Below, piece after piece: positions 52,501-64,000 of a stretch of DNA of 64,000 bases. The notes beneath the pieces are model-generated. The model was not told the DNA's origin. It worked only from the letters and a program-made list of their open reading frames with translations, and ran no database searches. The stretch's first letter is position 1; every line of letters begins with the position of its first letter. Position numbers and translations under genes: made by a program. This DNA is from Batkoa obscura. Lineage: Eukaryota. The DNA lies in contig JASVEC010000028.1 in the NCBI GenBank assembly GCA_030770535.1, forward strand, positions 434,001-498,000. The letters run 5' to 3'.

Positions 52501-53212
52501 TTAATAATATGGGGATGTCCAAATTGGTTTCATTTTTTTATCCAATTTTTAAATATTTTATATTTTAAAAACTTTGCTTAAAATTCTGTAAAAATAAATT
52601 CTTCATTAAAAACCAAAGTACCCAACACAGTTTTAAATTGTTTCATTATAATTTATATTGTAAGTTAGCAGAATTTTTACTAAATTTAATAGAAATTGCC
52701 ATATTAACAAGGACTTTACTAATGTAACCCATATATTAATATTAATCAAAATTGTAGTATATAAATAAATACATATTCCTATAAACCTTCATCGAAAAAT
52801 ATTTATTATTGACTGTTTTATAGCCAACATTAGAGATTTGCTATTATATAAATAAATAATATACTAATATTATAATTATATTATTAGTATGTTATTAAGT
52901 TAACAAATAGCTGCATGGGAGGGAGCGGTTGGCTCTAAAACTATAATTAATTATCTTTATATAATATAAGCAATATAATGATAGCTTTTATTTATTGTTA
53001 CAGTTACTTGCTCTTTGACTATTTATTAACTTAGTTATTAATAATTTAAGTAATATTAACATTCAATAATTGATTTTTATCATTTAGTAAAATGTTCATT
53101 TGCTTAATAAATATTAAAACTTTTAAACTTCTGGTTATTTTTATAAAACAAATTGAGGTTAATTTTTAGTTCTTTGATTTTTCATAGACTTTAACTTTAA
53201 TTGGAATTAAAT

Positions 53213-53899
53213 GAGAATGTTTTTTTGGTTTCATTATTTTTGTGAAAGTTGATACTTAGTGGTCGAAGTTAAAAGCTACTCTTGCTTAATTAACTTGCCT
53301 TGAGTCGAACGGTCTTAGTTTATATAACTAAGATAGACTTAACTTAATAAGAATAGTATACAATAGGCTATACGAAAGCCGGTACTCAGTAGTAGAGGTT
53401 AAAAGCTACTCTTGCTTAATTAACTTGCCTTGAGTCGAACGGTCTTAGTTTATGTAACTAAGATAGACTTAACTTAATAGAAATAGTACATAATAAGCTA
53501 TGAATTATGTAAACCAATACAATGGAAGATACTACCGTAAAATCTATATAAGATGTTGTCAGAAAGGCTTAGTGACTTTATTAACGATACGTTATCAGGG
53601 AGTAATCCAATTAAAAAAGCCTCGAGTTATCATATTGAAGAATCTCTTTTATACTCCAATAAGTATGGATATTAAAAGGAGATAATATTCTTTGCAATAT
53701 GAAGTTATAAATTCTCGCAGCAAATCAAAATAAGGGGCTCTGGTTTGATTGTGTTTGAACTTGAGAACACAACAGCTTAAGTGATTGTTGTGTTATGATC
53801 AATTCGAGAGCTAAATAAAGCAATATTTCACAATTTTTTCCATTTTTTAAGTGCTATTTGAGCAAGATTTTTAGTAAAATTTTTAAAAAATATATCCCC
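53213..53899 (-). mobile_element. MITE family A split by a solo LTR
   Basis: GAGAATGTTTTTTTGGTTTCATTATTTT, then the LTR, then TTCCATTTTTTAAGTGCTATTTGAGC...TATCCCC-ATAT. Confidence 0.85.
53241..53832. mobile_element. Solo LTR with internal 130-bp tandem duplication
   Basis: TGTGAAA...TTTCACA ends; perfect 5-bp TSD ATTTT (53236-53240, 53833-53837); duplicated unit 53243-53372 / 53373-~53500. Confidence 0.8.
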
Positions 53900-54329
53900 A
53901 TATAATAGAGATATTTAACAATTGGAAGAATTAGATAACGTTATAGTTTGATATAAGAGGGGTAAATAAGTAAATAGTAAATAGTAAATAGTAAATAGTA
54001 AATAGTAAATAAGCTAATAAGATAATAAGCTAATAAAAATGATTGAAAGTTAACAAAATACCAATTATTTTTATTTAATAAAAGATTATAACTTTAATAG
54101 TTTAAATCGTTGATAGAAATAAAACTAAATGTAATAACATATTTAAAAGATAATAATAGAGTTCAGAAAAAAGCTTTCGAGGGATAATAGAATTAAGATT
54201 AAACGAGTTAAACATGTGTTAATGATATATATATATTGATAAAATAGTTTGTATTATTAAAACAAAAAATAAAAATAAAAGCGTAACAATGGATAAATAA
54301 ATATAATATAATGTAATATAATAACTTTT

Positions 54330-57300
54330 TTATTCTTTAAAATAAGTTAAAATTAAAGTATAAAAACTGGGTAATAATTTGGGTATAGTATCAATACCTT
54401 TTGGATAAGGTTCTTGAGATATATTTTTTATCTCTTTCTTTTTAATAAACGAATTAATTTTTTTAATACTGTCTTCATTAGTCATTGTATAATTAATATT
54501 TTCATTATCATTTTTTTCATTATTCAAATTAATATTATTATTATTAGTATTAGTTGTATCATTTAAATAAATCAACATAGGTTCCGATGGATTAGCGTTA
54601 ATAATAGATTGTTGATTAATATCAATATTGCTATTATTATTATTATTACTATTGTCATTATTAAAATGATCAATTTCTTGTAACTCTCTTAAATCATCTA
54701 ATGTAATATTACCGAAACCAAAATCACTAACCGAATTTCTTCTGTTATTACTGAAATCAAGTTGTTGGAATTCTTCTTCAACAATTTGCATATCAGCATC
54801 ATTATGCTCACCAACAGTCATCAACTTCTTTTTTAAATTATTAATTTGTCTTTGTTTTCTTTTAATTGTAAATTGATTTAATAATTTTAAATCCTTTCTT
54901 AATCCTTTATTAAATTCTTCATCCTGTTTACTTTCATCTACAATTTGTTGTAAATCAATTTCTTTTTCAACAATCCCATTACGAATAGAATTTAATATTT
55001 TTTCTGCCCAACTCAATATATTTTTAAACAATCCATTACTATTGTTGGAATAAATTGAATGTATAAAGTGATAAAATTCTTGTTCGTGACGTTCGATTAG
55101 TTTAATAAATAATTGTAACTGACCTGCTTCTAAATTTTTATCAATTTCTCCTGTTTGCACTTTTTTGATTACTTCAATTAAATCATCCACGAATAACGAT
55201 GTTTTCATTATAAAATCAGATACATTAGCATCCTAATTAATTTAATTATTATTAATTATTACATTAATTTAAATTATTACCTTATAAACTTGAGCTAATG
55301 GTCCATAAAAAATAGCTAAAAGATCTTTCATTAGTTCACCTGTAACTCCTTGAAACATTAAATTTGAAATTGCCTCCGAATCTCTTTTTCTTGTATATAA
55401 TATAAATAATTGATTTAATGCTTCTAAGAAATAATATTCTTGATAAATCAAATTGCCATTTTGATCGCTTAAGACTTGTGGATTCTCACCTTTAAAATAA
55501 GATATTAATATTAAGTTATATATTTGAATAAAACTAAGTTAATTGAATTATTACCATTAACATATTGTTCCACCCATTGTTTTGCTCTTGAATAATTAAT
55601 AATAGAATCAGCAGTTAATTCTGGTTCAATATCAAAATCATTAATAATCAAATTAATTCTATCAAATTCCGACATTTCTTCTTCAAATTTTGAATTACTA
55701 CTTCTCTTATTAGGGGAATAAACAAAATTTTTAATTTTATTACAAATCGCTTCATCATTCACTTTCTTTTCTATATTTTCAATTTCTTTTTGCGTATCTT
55801 TTGCTTGATCCATTAATGAAGCTGTCAAAATCCTTTGTAATAAAGAATTAGAGCCAAAAGGCTGTGCTAATAATAAATCAATAATTCCTTTAACAATAGA
55901 AGTTGGATTTGTATATTTTAAAATTGTCGAAATGGTACGATAAGGTAATAATTTATGAGTGGAACATAATGCTTGATAAAATCGTGCACTATCATCTGTA
56001 GTACAAAAAAAAGTATATAAAAAAGAAGCTAAATTTAACTTTCCCCATTCAAATGCGCCTTTATAATGGGCTGGTAATTGTTGCATTTCACTTGTATTTC
56101 TTAATATACTTTCAAATTCATCTAAGCCTCCTAATTTAATTAGTTAATATAATGCTATGGTATATAATAAACAAATTCAATATTTACCTGGTTTTAATAG
56201 CTCGTTTTTACATTCTTGCCATAACTTAGTATAATCTTTAGCTTTCTCCTTAATATAACTGGCATATTTCTTTCTATCTTCTGCTAAATTTAACATATGG
56301 ATTTTACGTTGAGATATATCTTCTATATCTTCATTAGTTAATTCTTGTTGATTTTCATTCAAAAACTTATAAACTTCCAAATGAGATGCAATTTCTTGAT
56401 CTGATAACAATCTTCTTAACACTGATCTCAATGTCAATCGATCGTTTTCTCGAAACATAAATGATTGTCCAGGAGTTTCTTTTACTTTTGTAGGAAGTGC
56501 AGGTAACTCTTTTAATGGATATAATTTTCCTACTTTTTTTAATAAACTTTTAAAATCATCGTATCTTTTAAGGGTATAAATCACTTGATTGGATTCTTTT
56601 TTAGCTAACATGACAATGAATTTCTATTATTAAAAAAACGAACGATTATTTAGTATACTTGAATTAAAAACTAAAAAAACTTACTGCATGACTTGAATTC
56701 ATAAAAGTACCTTTGATTTCTTCAAGACGAACACCCACAATATCCACAAAATACGGATTACCAGCTTCTTTTTCGCTGTCTTTTTTCTCCATCTGACTTC
56801 CCTGAAGCACATTCTTATTATCACTGTCTTTTATCTCCTCTTTAACCACTGCAATACTTTGACTTTCTTCTTTTTCCATACCAAAACCATTCATGTCCAA
56901 AGGGGTTGAATTATTAAATAACAATACTAAAATTTTAATGAATCTCAATGTAAGGGCCTTTCTCTTTGTAGTATCTGATCTTTCAGCGTCCGATGATAAC
57001 TCAGCCTTTTCAATTTCATCTTGAAATATTTCTAATTTATCCAAAAACTTCTCGACATCCGTTTGTTGTAAAAATGGAAAGGTAAGTACATATTGATTAA
57101 TAAAATACTTTAAAAAAGGGATCTCTTTTTCATTTTCGGAATTCGAGTTGTTATTTCTTATCGCTCGTACCATATTATTATTTAATAAATATTCTGTTTC
57201 TTCAGTGATAGCTCGGGTTATTAAGTCCCTTTTAAGTTGTACTGCTTGCCGCGAGGTTAGCTTAACTGGCGAGTTATCGAGCTCTTTTTCATCATTGTTG

Positions 57301-57356
57301 AAGGAAGGAGCTAATAATTGATGAACTGCTGAGGTTGGGGAGGAAGTTTGTTCCAT
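54330..57356 (-). CDS. PX-domain protein, Ypr097w/Lec1-like (PX-associated, PX, DUF3818-type C-terminus)
   Basis: Five exons; PFLKYFINQYVLTFPFL, KRYDDFKSL...LPALPTK, RENDRLTLRSVLRRLL, DLLLAQPFGSNSLLQRI, IFYGPLAQVYK, LIERHEQEFYHFIH. Confidence 0.9.
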
Positions 57357-57600
57357 TGTAATAAGATATATTTTAAACTATAGGTAATAAAAACTAAAAA
57401 TCAACGAGTTTATTTTATTGTAATTTTTTAGGTGCCAAGAGTTATTTAAATTTTAAAATAACACTAAAGGCTGAGTTTATATATCATTAAAATAATAAAT
57501 TATAATTTTCCAAACATGAGATTATTTTAATTTAGTTCTTAAAATTGAATCTGAAATTCAAAGTGAGCTAATAAAAATGCTATTATTCAGTTGGAATTGA

Positions 57601-57933
57601 TTACGTCAAAATTTATCATGAATTTTTTATTATGAATTGAAGACAAACTTGAAAAATTTAACCAAATTGAATGTGAAAGCAAAGAGTTTAGCTGATTATG
57701 TCATGATTATAGTAAGTATTTGAACATTCCTTGAACCAAATACAATATTAATTGTAAACTGAAACAATAAATGGGGTTTGATTTGTATATAATTAAACTA
57801 ATTGGATAATAGTTAATTAAAATTTTATTAATGACGAGGAACTTTTCACACCAAAACCCAAATTGATGAATTACGTCAGGATTAAACGGAAAATATGAGA
57901 CCTTGATGATGTTGATAAACAAGTATATAAAGG
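57601..57933. promoter_or_regulatory. Two CRE-like TTACGTCA sites and an extended TATA in a divergent promoter
   Basis: TTACGTCA at 57601-57608 and 57871-57878; CAAGTATATAAAGG at 57920-57933. Confidence 0.5.
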
Positions 57934-58004
57934 GTCAAGCGTTATACAGAGTATATAAGAAAAAAAACTATTTGTATTTGTAGATATATTAACTTTTATT
58001 TAAA

Positions 58005-60343
58005 ATGCCAGAAATTCGTAACAAATTTGAAAAAGAATTCGCTCCTAAAGATAGCCAATATACCAAAGGTTTAAAAGTAGATGAAGTGGTTCAAACTAAA
58101 GATAATTTAACCACCGTTGCTGGTGCCTTAGGGTAAGTTTATTTACTTTTTTTACAATAGTAGATATTAATCCTCTTTTAGTGAAGGTAAAATGCCAACT
58201 AGTGATCAGATAACTGGTGCTATTGATTCCCTTAAAGAAGGTGATAAGATTGTTTCCGAAGTCAACTTATCAGCTACTGGTCAAAAGGTAGCTGATCGTG
58301 TTGAAAACTTACTAGATTCAACTAAGCAACTAGTTGAAGAAAAGAATAAAGGTGATGTTATACAACGTTTGATTCATCATGCTAAGCTTGCTTCTCAAGA
58401 ACTTGACAGTAAGTTTCATTTATTTATAAATTATTCTTTTAATTAATATAATTTCAGCTGAAACTCCTGATGTATCTAAAGAAACTGAAGATTCTCAAAA
58501 ACTTCTTAGAAAAGCTTATAATGAGCTTCTTGTTATTTCCAAACTAACTGTTACCAACAATGAATTCCGTAGTCTCTTAGCTGATTTGTATAACCTTGTT
58601 CGTGATGTCCTTAAAGATAATGTCCCTGGTGCCGAACATTTACCTACCGCTGATGATCTCACTGATAGACAAGGTAATCTTGACGCTGATAAGGCTAAGC
58701 GCTCTGCTGAACAATCTGCTAATAAGATGGCTGATGAAGCTCACGGGAACTTGGATGGTGATGCCAAAGATGTCGCTGATAAAGCTAGAAAAGGTGATAC
58801 TAAAGGTTTAGAAAATACTGCTTCTAAACTTGCTGACAAGGCTGCTCAAGAACTTGGTAAGAAGGTCAAGCCAGTTGCTGATAAGGCTGCTGCCGGTAAC
58901 ACTAAAGAAGCTGGTGATCACGCTAAACATGAAGCTAACAAGGCCTCCTCCCAAGCTCAAAACTTAACTGAAGAAGCTAAGAACCAAGCCGGTGATGCTT
59001 ATGGTCAAGCCAAGAAGACCGCTGAGAACATTGTAAATGACTTACAACTCAGTGAAGAACAAAAGGAGAACTTATCCAATCGTCTAGTCGGTATCCTTGA
59101 TGAAGTCCAAACCAACCGTGAAACTCAAAGAGCTATTGAAGGTCTCCTAAATGTATTAGCTAAATTAAGAAAAAATGCCCTTACTGCTGCTGAAAAGGCC
59201 AAAAACAAAGCTGGCGCTGAGGTCGACGAATCTGATAACTTACAAGAAGCTTCCAGGAATGCCAAAAAGGCCGTTGAAAACTTCGCTGGTGGTCACAGTT
59301 TAGATAAACTCTTTGAAAAACTCTATGAATTTGCTGAGCTTGTTGAAAAGGATAAGGACTTAAACAAACTTATGCATGAAAATCATGAGTTTATGATCAA
59401 GTCTCTTAAAGACAATAAATTTGTCCATCAAAAGGATTACACTGACAAGGCCATTGATCGCTTCGAAAAGACTCGTGACATGCTCCTTAACAAATACCGC
59501 CAACCCGTCCGCTCTGTTATGGATGAAGCTAGTGGCTTTATGAAGGACTTAAAGGAAGACCCAACCACCAACCGCATGGTTAAGGATCTTGATGGTCTTA
59601 CTCGTGATTTATTCTTGGATGCCAATGGCAAACCAACCATCAAGTATGATTTACTTCAAGACTTCCAAAAATTCGTCCCTGTTCTTTCTAAACGTCTTGA
59701 ACTCCTTGAAATCCCAAGGATATCTGAACAAGATGATGATAATGAATACATTTTGGATAACATTAAACTCTCTTGTAGCAACATCGTTCCAAAGACTGTT
59801 AGAGTACGTACAGATACTGAATTTGATACTGAAGAAGAACGTATTGTTAATGCTGTATCTATTAAGATGCAAGGTATCCAAGCCCAAGCTAGAGAAGTAG
59901 CTTTCTATTATAAGAGAAAGGTATTATTAATGAATATGGAAGATGCTGGTTTAGTTGATGTAGTTATTCCAAATGATGGTATGGATATTTTCTTGAAATT
60001 AGCTCCACCAGTTATCTCTACTTCAGATAAACCAAACCAAACTATCTCTAAAGATGAACGTCCATTCCGTGTATTAGATTCACGCTGTCGTGTCAATGAA
60101 ATTAATATCAAATTCCAACACACTAAATTTGGACCAATCTATAAGCTATTGAATAAGGTTATTCAAAGTCAAGTTAAAAGAGATATTGAAAAGATGGTTG
60201 GAGAAGGTATTCGTAATTTCCTCGAAGGTATTGAAACAACAGTAACTCAAGGTATTGACTTGGGCAACAAGGACAAAGCTTCTAAGCCATTAGATCCTAG
60301 TCCAGAAGGATGGAAATCCGATGCTTTTAATGTTAAAAAATAG
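58005..60343 (+). CDS. HAM1/DUF4449-like protein with an LEA-like A/K/D-rich insert
   Basis: Three exons (introns ~58113-58161 and ~58409-58457); GKMPTSDQI, EEKNKGDVIQRLI, LFLDANGKPTIK, IPRISEQD, VAFYYKRK...MEDAGLVDV; strong codon bias. Confidence 0.85.
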
Positions 60344-60878
60344 GTCTATTTTAATTAGCTAACTTACCTTATTGAATAAATTATATTGCCTAAATCCTCA
60401 TTAATTTTTTAATACTTTTTTATTATACTAATAAATTATTTAGCTGCTTATCAGAGAAGGGGTTAAAATTTTATTTGAATCATTTTTGATTTTAGGTAAG
60501 GTTAATAATCTTAGCACCGCTTAGTAAAAATATACAACTGTTACAATTCTACTGCAAACTAGATTGCAGTAAATTTTAGCCAGCTATTTTTTTATATGAT
60601 TTTCAAAAGCCTAACCTTTAGATTTTAACAAGTTTTATTCCTAAACAAACAGTTAATTAGGTCGTAAATGAGTTGTAACACTTGTAGTTGATAAATTACT
60701 GCTTTTAAAGCGAAAGTTGGAATAAATTTAAGCTAATGTTTTAAAACTATTTTCAATATACTAACTTTTAATGTTTTTTATTTTATTATAATAAAAAACT
60801 ATAGCAGAAAACTTAAGAACAATAACAATTTGTATTAATATAATATTATTTACTATTATTTTTATTTTTGTTATTATT

Positions 60879-62080
60879 TTATTTTATTTTATTTAATAAA
60901 AAACTGATTATTATTGAGCATTCTTTTAACTTGGTATTAAAATCATTATTAATATGGCCCCCATCTTTCAACATATATAAATACACATTATTTTCTCTTC
61001 TATATCTTTTTACAAATTGTAAAATATCTAATAAATCTACTCTTAAATCCAACAAAGAAGCTAGAACCAGAATATTATTATTAACGACCTTATTATCATT
61101 TAAATAATTAAATTTGGATAATTGATCAATAATATTTAAATTATTCTTTAATGTACCCCATTCCTCAATTTCCATATTACTTAATTGATTTTCATTTTCA
61201 TTTTCAAGACTTTTTTGGATATTCAAAAAGGGTTTTTCTAATATAATACCCCTATATAACTCTAATAAAAAAAACAATCAATTAGCGATATAATTAAATC
61301 TTATTTTTAGTTTCAAATATACAAAATATACAAAATATACTTACCATTTTTCATATAAAATGAATTCATACTAGCAATAGCACCAGCTGATACTGAATAT
61401 AAAAATAGATTCTTAGTTGAATATTTTTGTTGAATAAATTCAGTAATTTGAATTAAATCCATAACTCCATTAAATTTTAATTCTTTTTTACTTTGATTAT
61501 AATAATTAATTCCTAATTCACTACCTCCACTATATAAAATAATATAAAATGTAATGTAATTAATATTATTAGTATGTTATTATTATTATATATTATTATT
61601 ATTAATATAATACTTACCGAATGTGAGCATAAATAATAATCCAACCCATATTAATTAAAGTATGAAATAATAATTTATAATTTAATGATAAATTAACTCC
61701 ATAGGCTCCATAACTATAAATTAAAATTGGACGATATTTACTATAATAAATAAAATTAAGGGATGAATTTAGATTGTTATTGAAATAAAAATTCACTTTT
61801 TTTTCATCAATTTTTGATTATAAATTATTGTTATTGGTATTGAAATCGAATTATTGTGTATAAATTCACGTTCAAATATTATATCTAATTAATTAATTAT
61901 TAATTATTAATTATTAATTATTGTATTTACCTTCATCCATATCAATATTATTATTTAATTTTAATTTATTATCCATTAAACTTATTTTTATTTTCCTATC
62001 AGTAATAATTGGATTAGAATAATAAAGCTGAGTTATATTGGAATTATAATCCTATTGATATTAATTAATATTGATATTAC

Positions 62081-62117
<37 letters not shown>

Positions 62118-63533
62118 TACTATATTATTATATTATGTTAAATTAAATTAAATTCTAACTTACTAATTGATTACCATTAGGTAATATAGAACCCAATTTA
62201 GGAAAATTATTAATATTAATTAATTTGTTTGTTAAAAAAGAATAAATATACAATTGATTTTTAAATTCATTATCTGTTGTATAAATTACTAAATAATTCT
62301 ATAAAAATATTATTATAAATAATAATTATAAAGTAATAATAATAATATTATCAAAAACTTACTTTAAATACTTCTACTTCATTAATAAAGCAATTATCAA
62401 ACTCATTAAAATGTAGTAATTCTCTTTTAGAATTGATTTCTTTTTGTAAATATAATTCCATTTTACCATTCAATTGATTTTGTATAAATAATATAAATCC
62501 AAACTATTAATATTAATATTAATATATCAAATTAAATAATATTATAATATCATAATACGAATATTTACTTCATTCTTCTCCATAAAAAAATCCAAATTGG
62601 GTCGATATTTATGAAACAATATAACTTCATTACTATCCTTATTTAACTCCAGTAAATGAATTTCACTACCCGATAAAGTATTACTGTTAACTGTTAAATA
62701 ACACTAAAAAAACATTAATACATAATAAAAATTTATACATTCTATAAAACTTGCTTGATCCCTCGTCACCCCAATATCCACAAAAAAATTCGTTCTTTTT
62801 TCATCGTATAAAATCTTTTTATCCCCCCTCTTCCCATCCAGAAACCAAACTTGATGAGCTCTTAATGTTGAATCCATTATTGTGAAATAAACTTTATTCT
62901 CTATAGCGATGGAATTAAACACTCCTTTCTCCTTAAAAACCACTTTCCTTTCTCTTAAATCATAATAAATTAAACAATAACTTTCTTCATGTAATAATTT
63001 CACCTGAAATTTCATCTTATCATTTAACAACTGTTGATTCTCAATTACTAACGACTTCATTTCAATTTTATTATAAACCCCTTCTTTCTCTAATATCTGT
63101 TCAGCATCCCATAAAGTAAGCACTGGATACTATACAATAAATATAAAAATTTGAACTTGATACCTTGATTACTTAATGGAATTTAATTACCAACTACCTT
63201 TTTTTCAACACTCTTTTCCTTATACCAAACTTCCCCTTCTGATGTTAAATAATAAGTTTTATCCCCTTCTTGATTTATTACCTTATCTTCTCCTGTTGTA
63301 ACCTTATTTTGTCTTAATGTATTCATAATCAACTCATCTACATAATCTCTGTTTTTCTTTAACTGACTATCCATATATATCTCTTCCTGTTTTATATAGT
63401 TATTGAATTTGACTTTATCATTGTATATAGTGATATCAAATTTTGGCACTTCGATAGAAGATTGGAATGAAGGTAATAAATTTTTGAAAGTGAATAAAGA
63501 GCTTCGTTTTAATATGACACTGGTGAGTTTCAT
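60879..63533 (-). CDS. Prolyl oligopeptidase family S9A (oligopeptidase B/PREPL-like), multi-exon
   Basis: PILIYSYGAYG, YAHIRGGSELG, YSVSAGA (Ser), DLRV (Asp), DGGH (His); basic hydroxyl-rich N-terminus. Confidence 0.85.
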
Positions 63534-63663
63534 TGAATTAAATAAATAAAAAACAAATAATAATAAAAATTTATTAATTTCCAAAAGTGATTTGTTCTAA
63601 TTTTTAAACTGATCAAAACAAAGAATAGAATTACAAGTAAAAATGTTTAATAAAACTAACTAA

Positions 63664-63737
63664 TGTTTCCGTCCAGACTCGAACTGGAGACCTTCTGTGT
63701 GTTAGACAGATGTGATAACCAACTACACCACGGAAAC
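63664..63737 (-). tRNA. tRNA-Val(AAC)
   Basis: GTTTCCGTGGTGTAGTTGGTTATCACATCTGTCTAACACACAGAAGGTCTCCAGTTCGAGTCTGGACGGAAACA: full cloverleaf, anticodon AAC, no intron. Confidence 0.97.
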
Positions 63738-64000
63738 CCGATTTTCTTTCTTAAGATATAAGTTTGATATAATATATTTATACTTTTTTTACTACTATAT
63801 TTTAATAGCATATAATTGAGCTTTAATATAATCAAATGATTTATTGTAATATTAAATAATACTTTTACTTTTCTAAATAACACTAATTGTAAGTTAAAAG
63901 TATCAAACCCAGTATATAATGTTTTGTCCAATTGATAATAAATAGAAATATCAGGTTGATTTTTTTTAGAAGTGGAACTTTACAGGTTTCAAATTGAAAT

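Larger units (their letters stand above)
52511..53899 (-). mobile_element. Truncated/composite Sola-like derivative
   Basis: 52511-53212 aligns to 12882-13581 (TIR, 3' region, transposase C-terminus); it is followed by a family-A MITE whose end supplies CCCC-ATAT. Confidence 0.85.

Noticed and set aside
63656..63931. 91-aa minus-strand ORF
   Set aside because: Overlaps tRNA-Val and low-complexity upstream DNA; not coding-like.

Overview
Very AT-rich eukaryotic genomic DNA with short GT-AG introns, clearly fungal and by inference an early-diverging lineage (Conidiobolus/Entomophthoromycotina-like; not provable from this window). Conserved genes: YSH1/CPSF73 (runs off the window start), a Phx1/HOY1-type homeobox gene, an SDR, TSC13, an ATF/CREB bZIP, a Ypr097w/Lec1-like PX protein, a HAM1/DUF4449-like protein, an S9A peptidase and tRNA-Val(AAC). 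At 12.7-37.1 kb lies a birth-and-death array of four RDH-like SDRs interleaved with five copies of a small 2-TM protein carrying twin PPxY motifs. A divergent GPCR-like pair at 47-51 kb shows gene-conversion-like tracts. The most striking system is a Sola-like (DDD) DNA transposon family that always sits in ATAT. It comprises one near-complete 2.96-kb element (12882-15841) splitting a PPxY gene, ten ~100-bp MITEs, a second ATAT MITE type, and a composite derivative (52511-53899) forming a Tc1 > Sola > MITE > solo-LTR nest. All coordinates and alignments were done by eye; no database searches were run.
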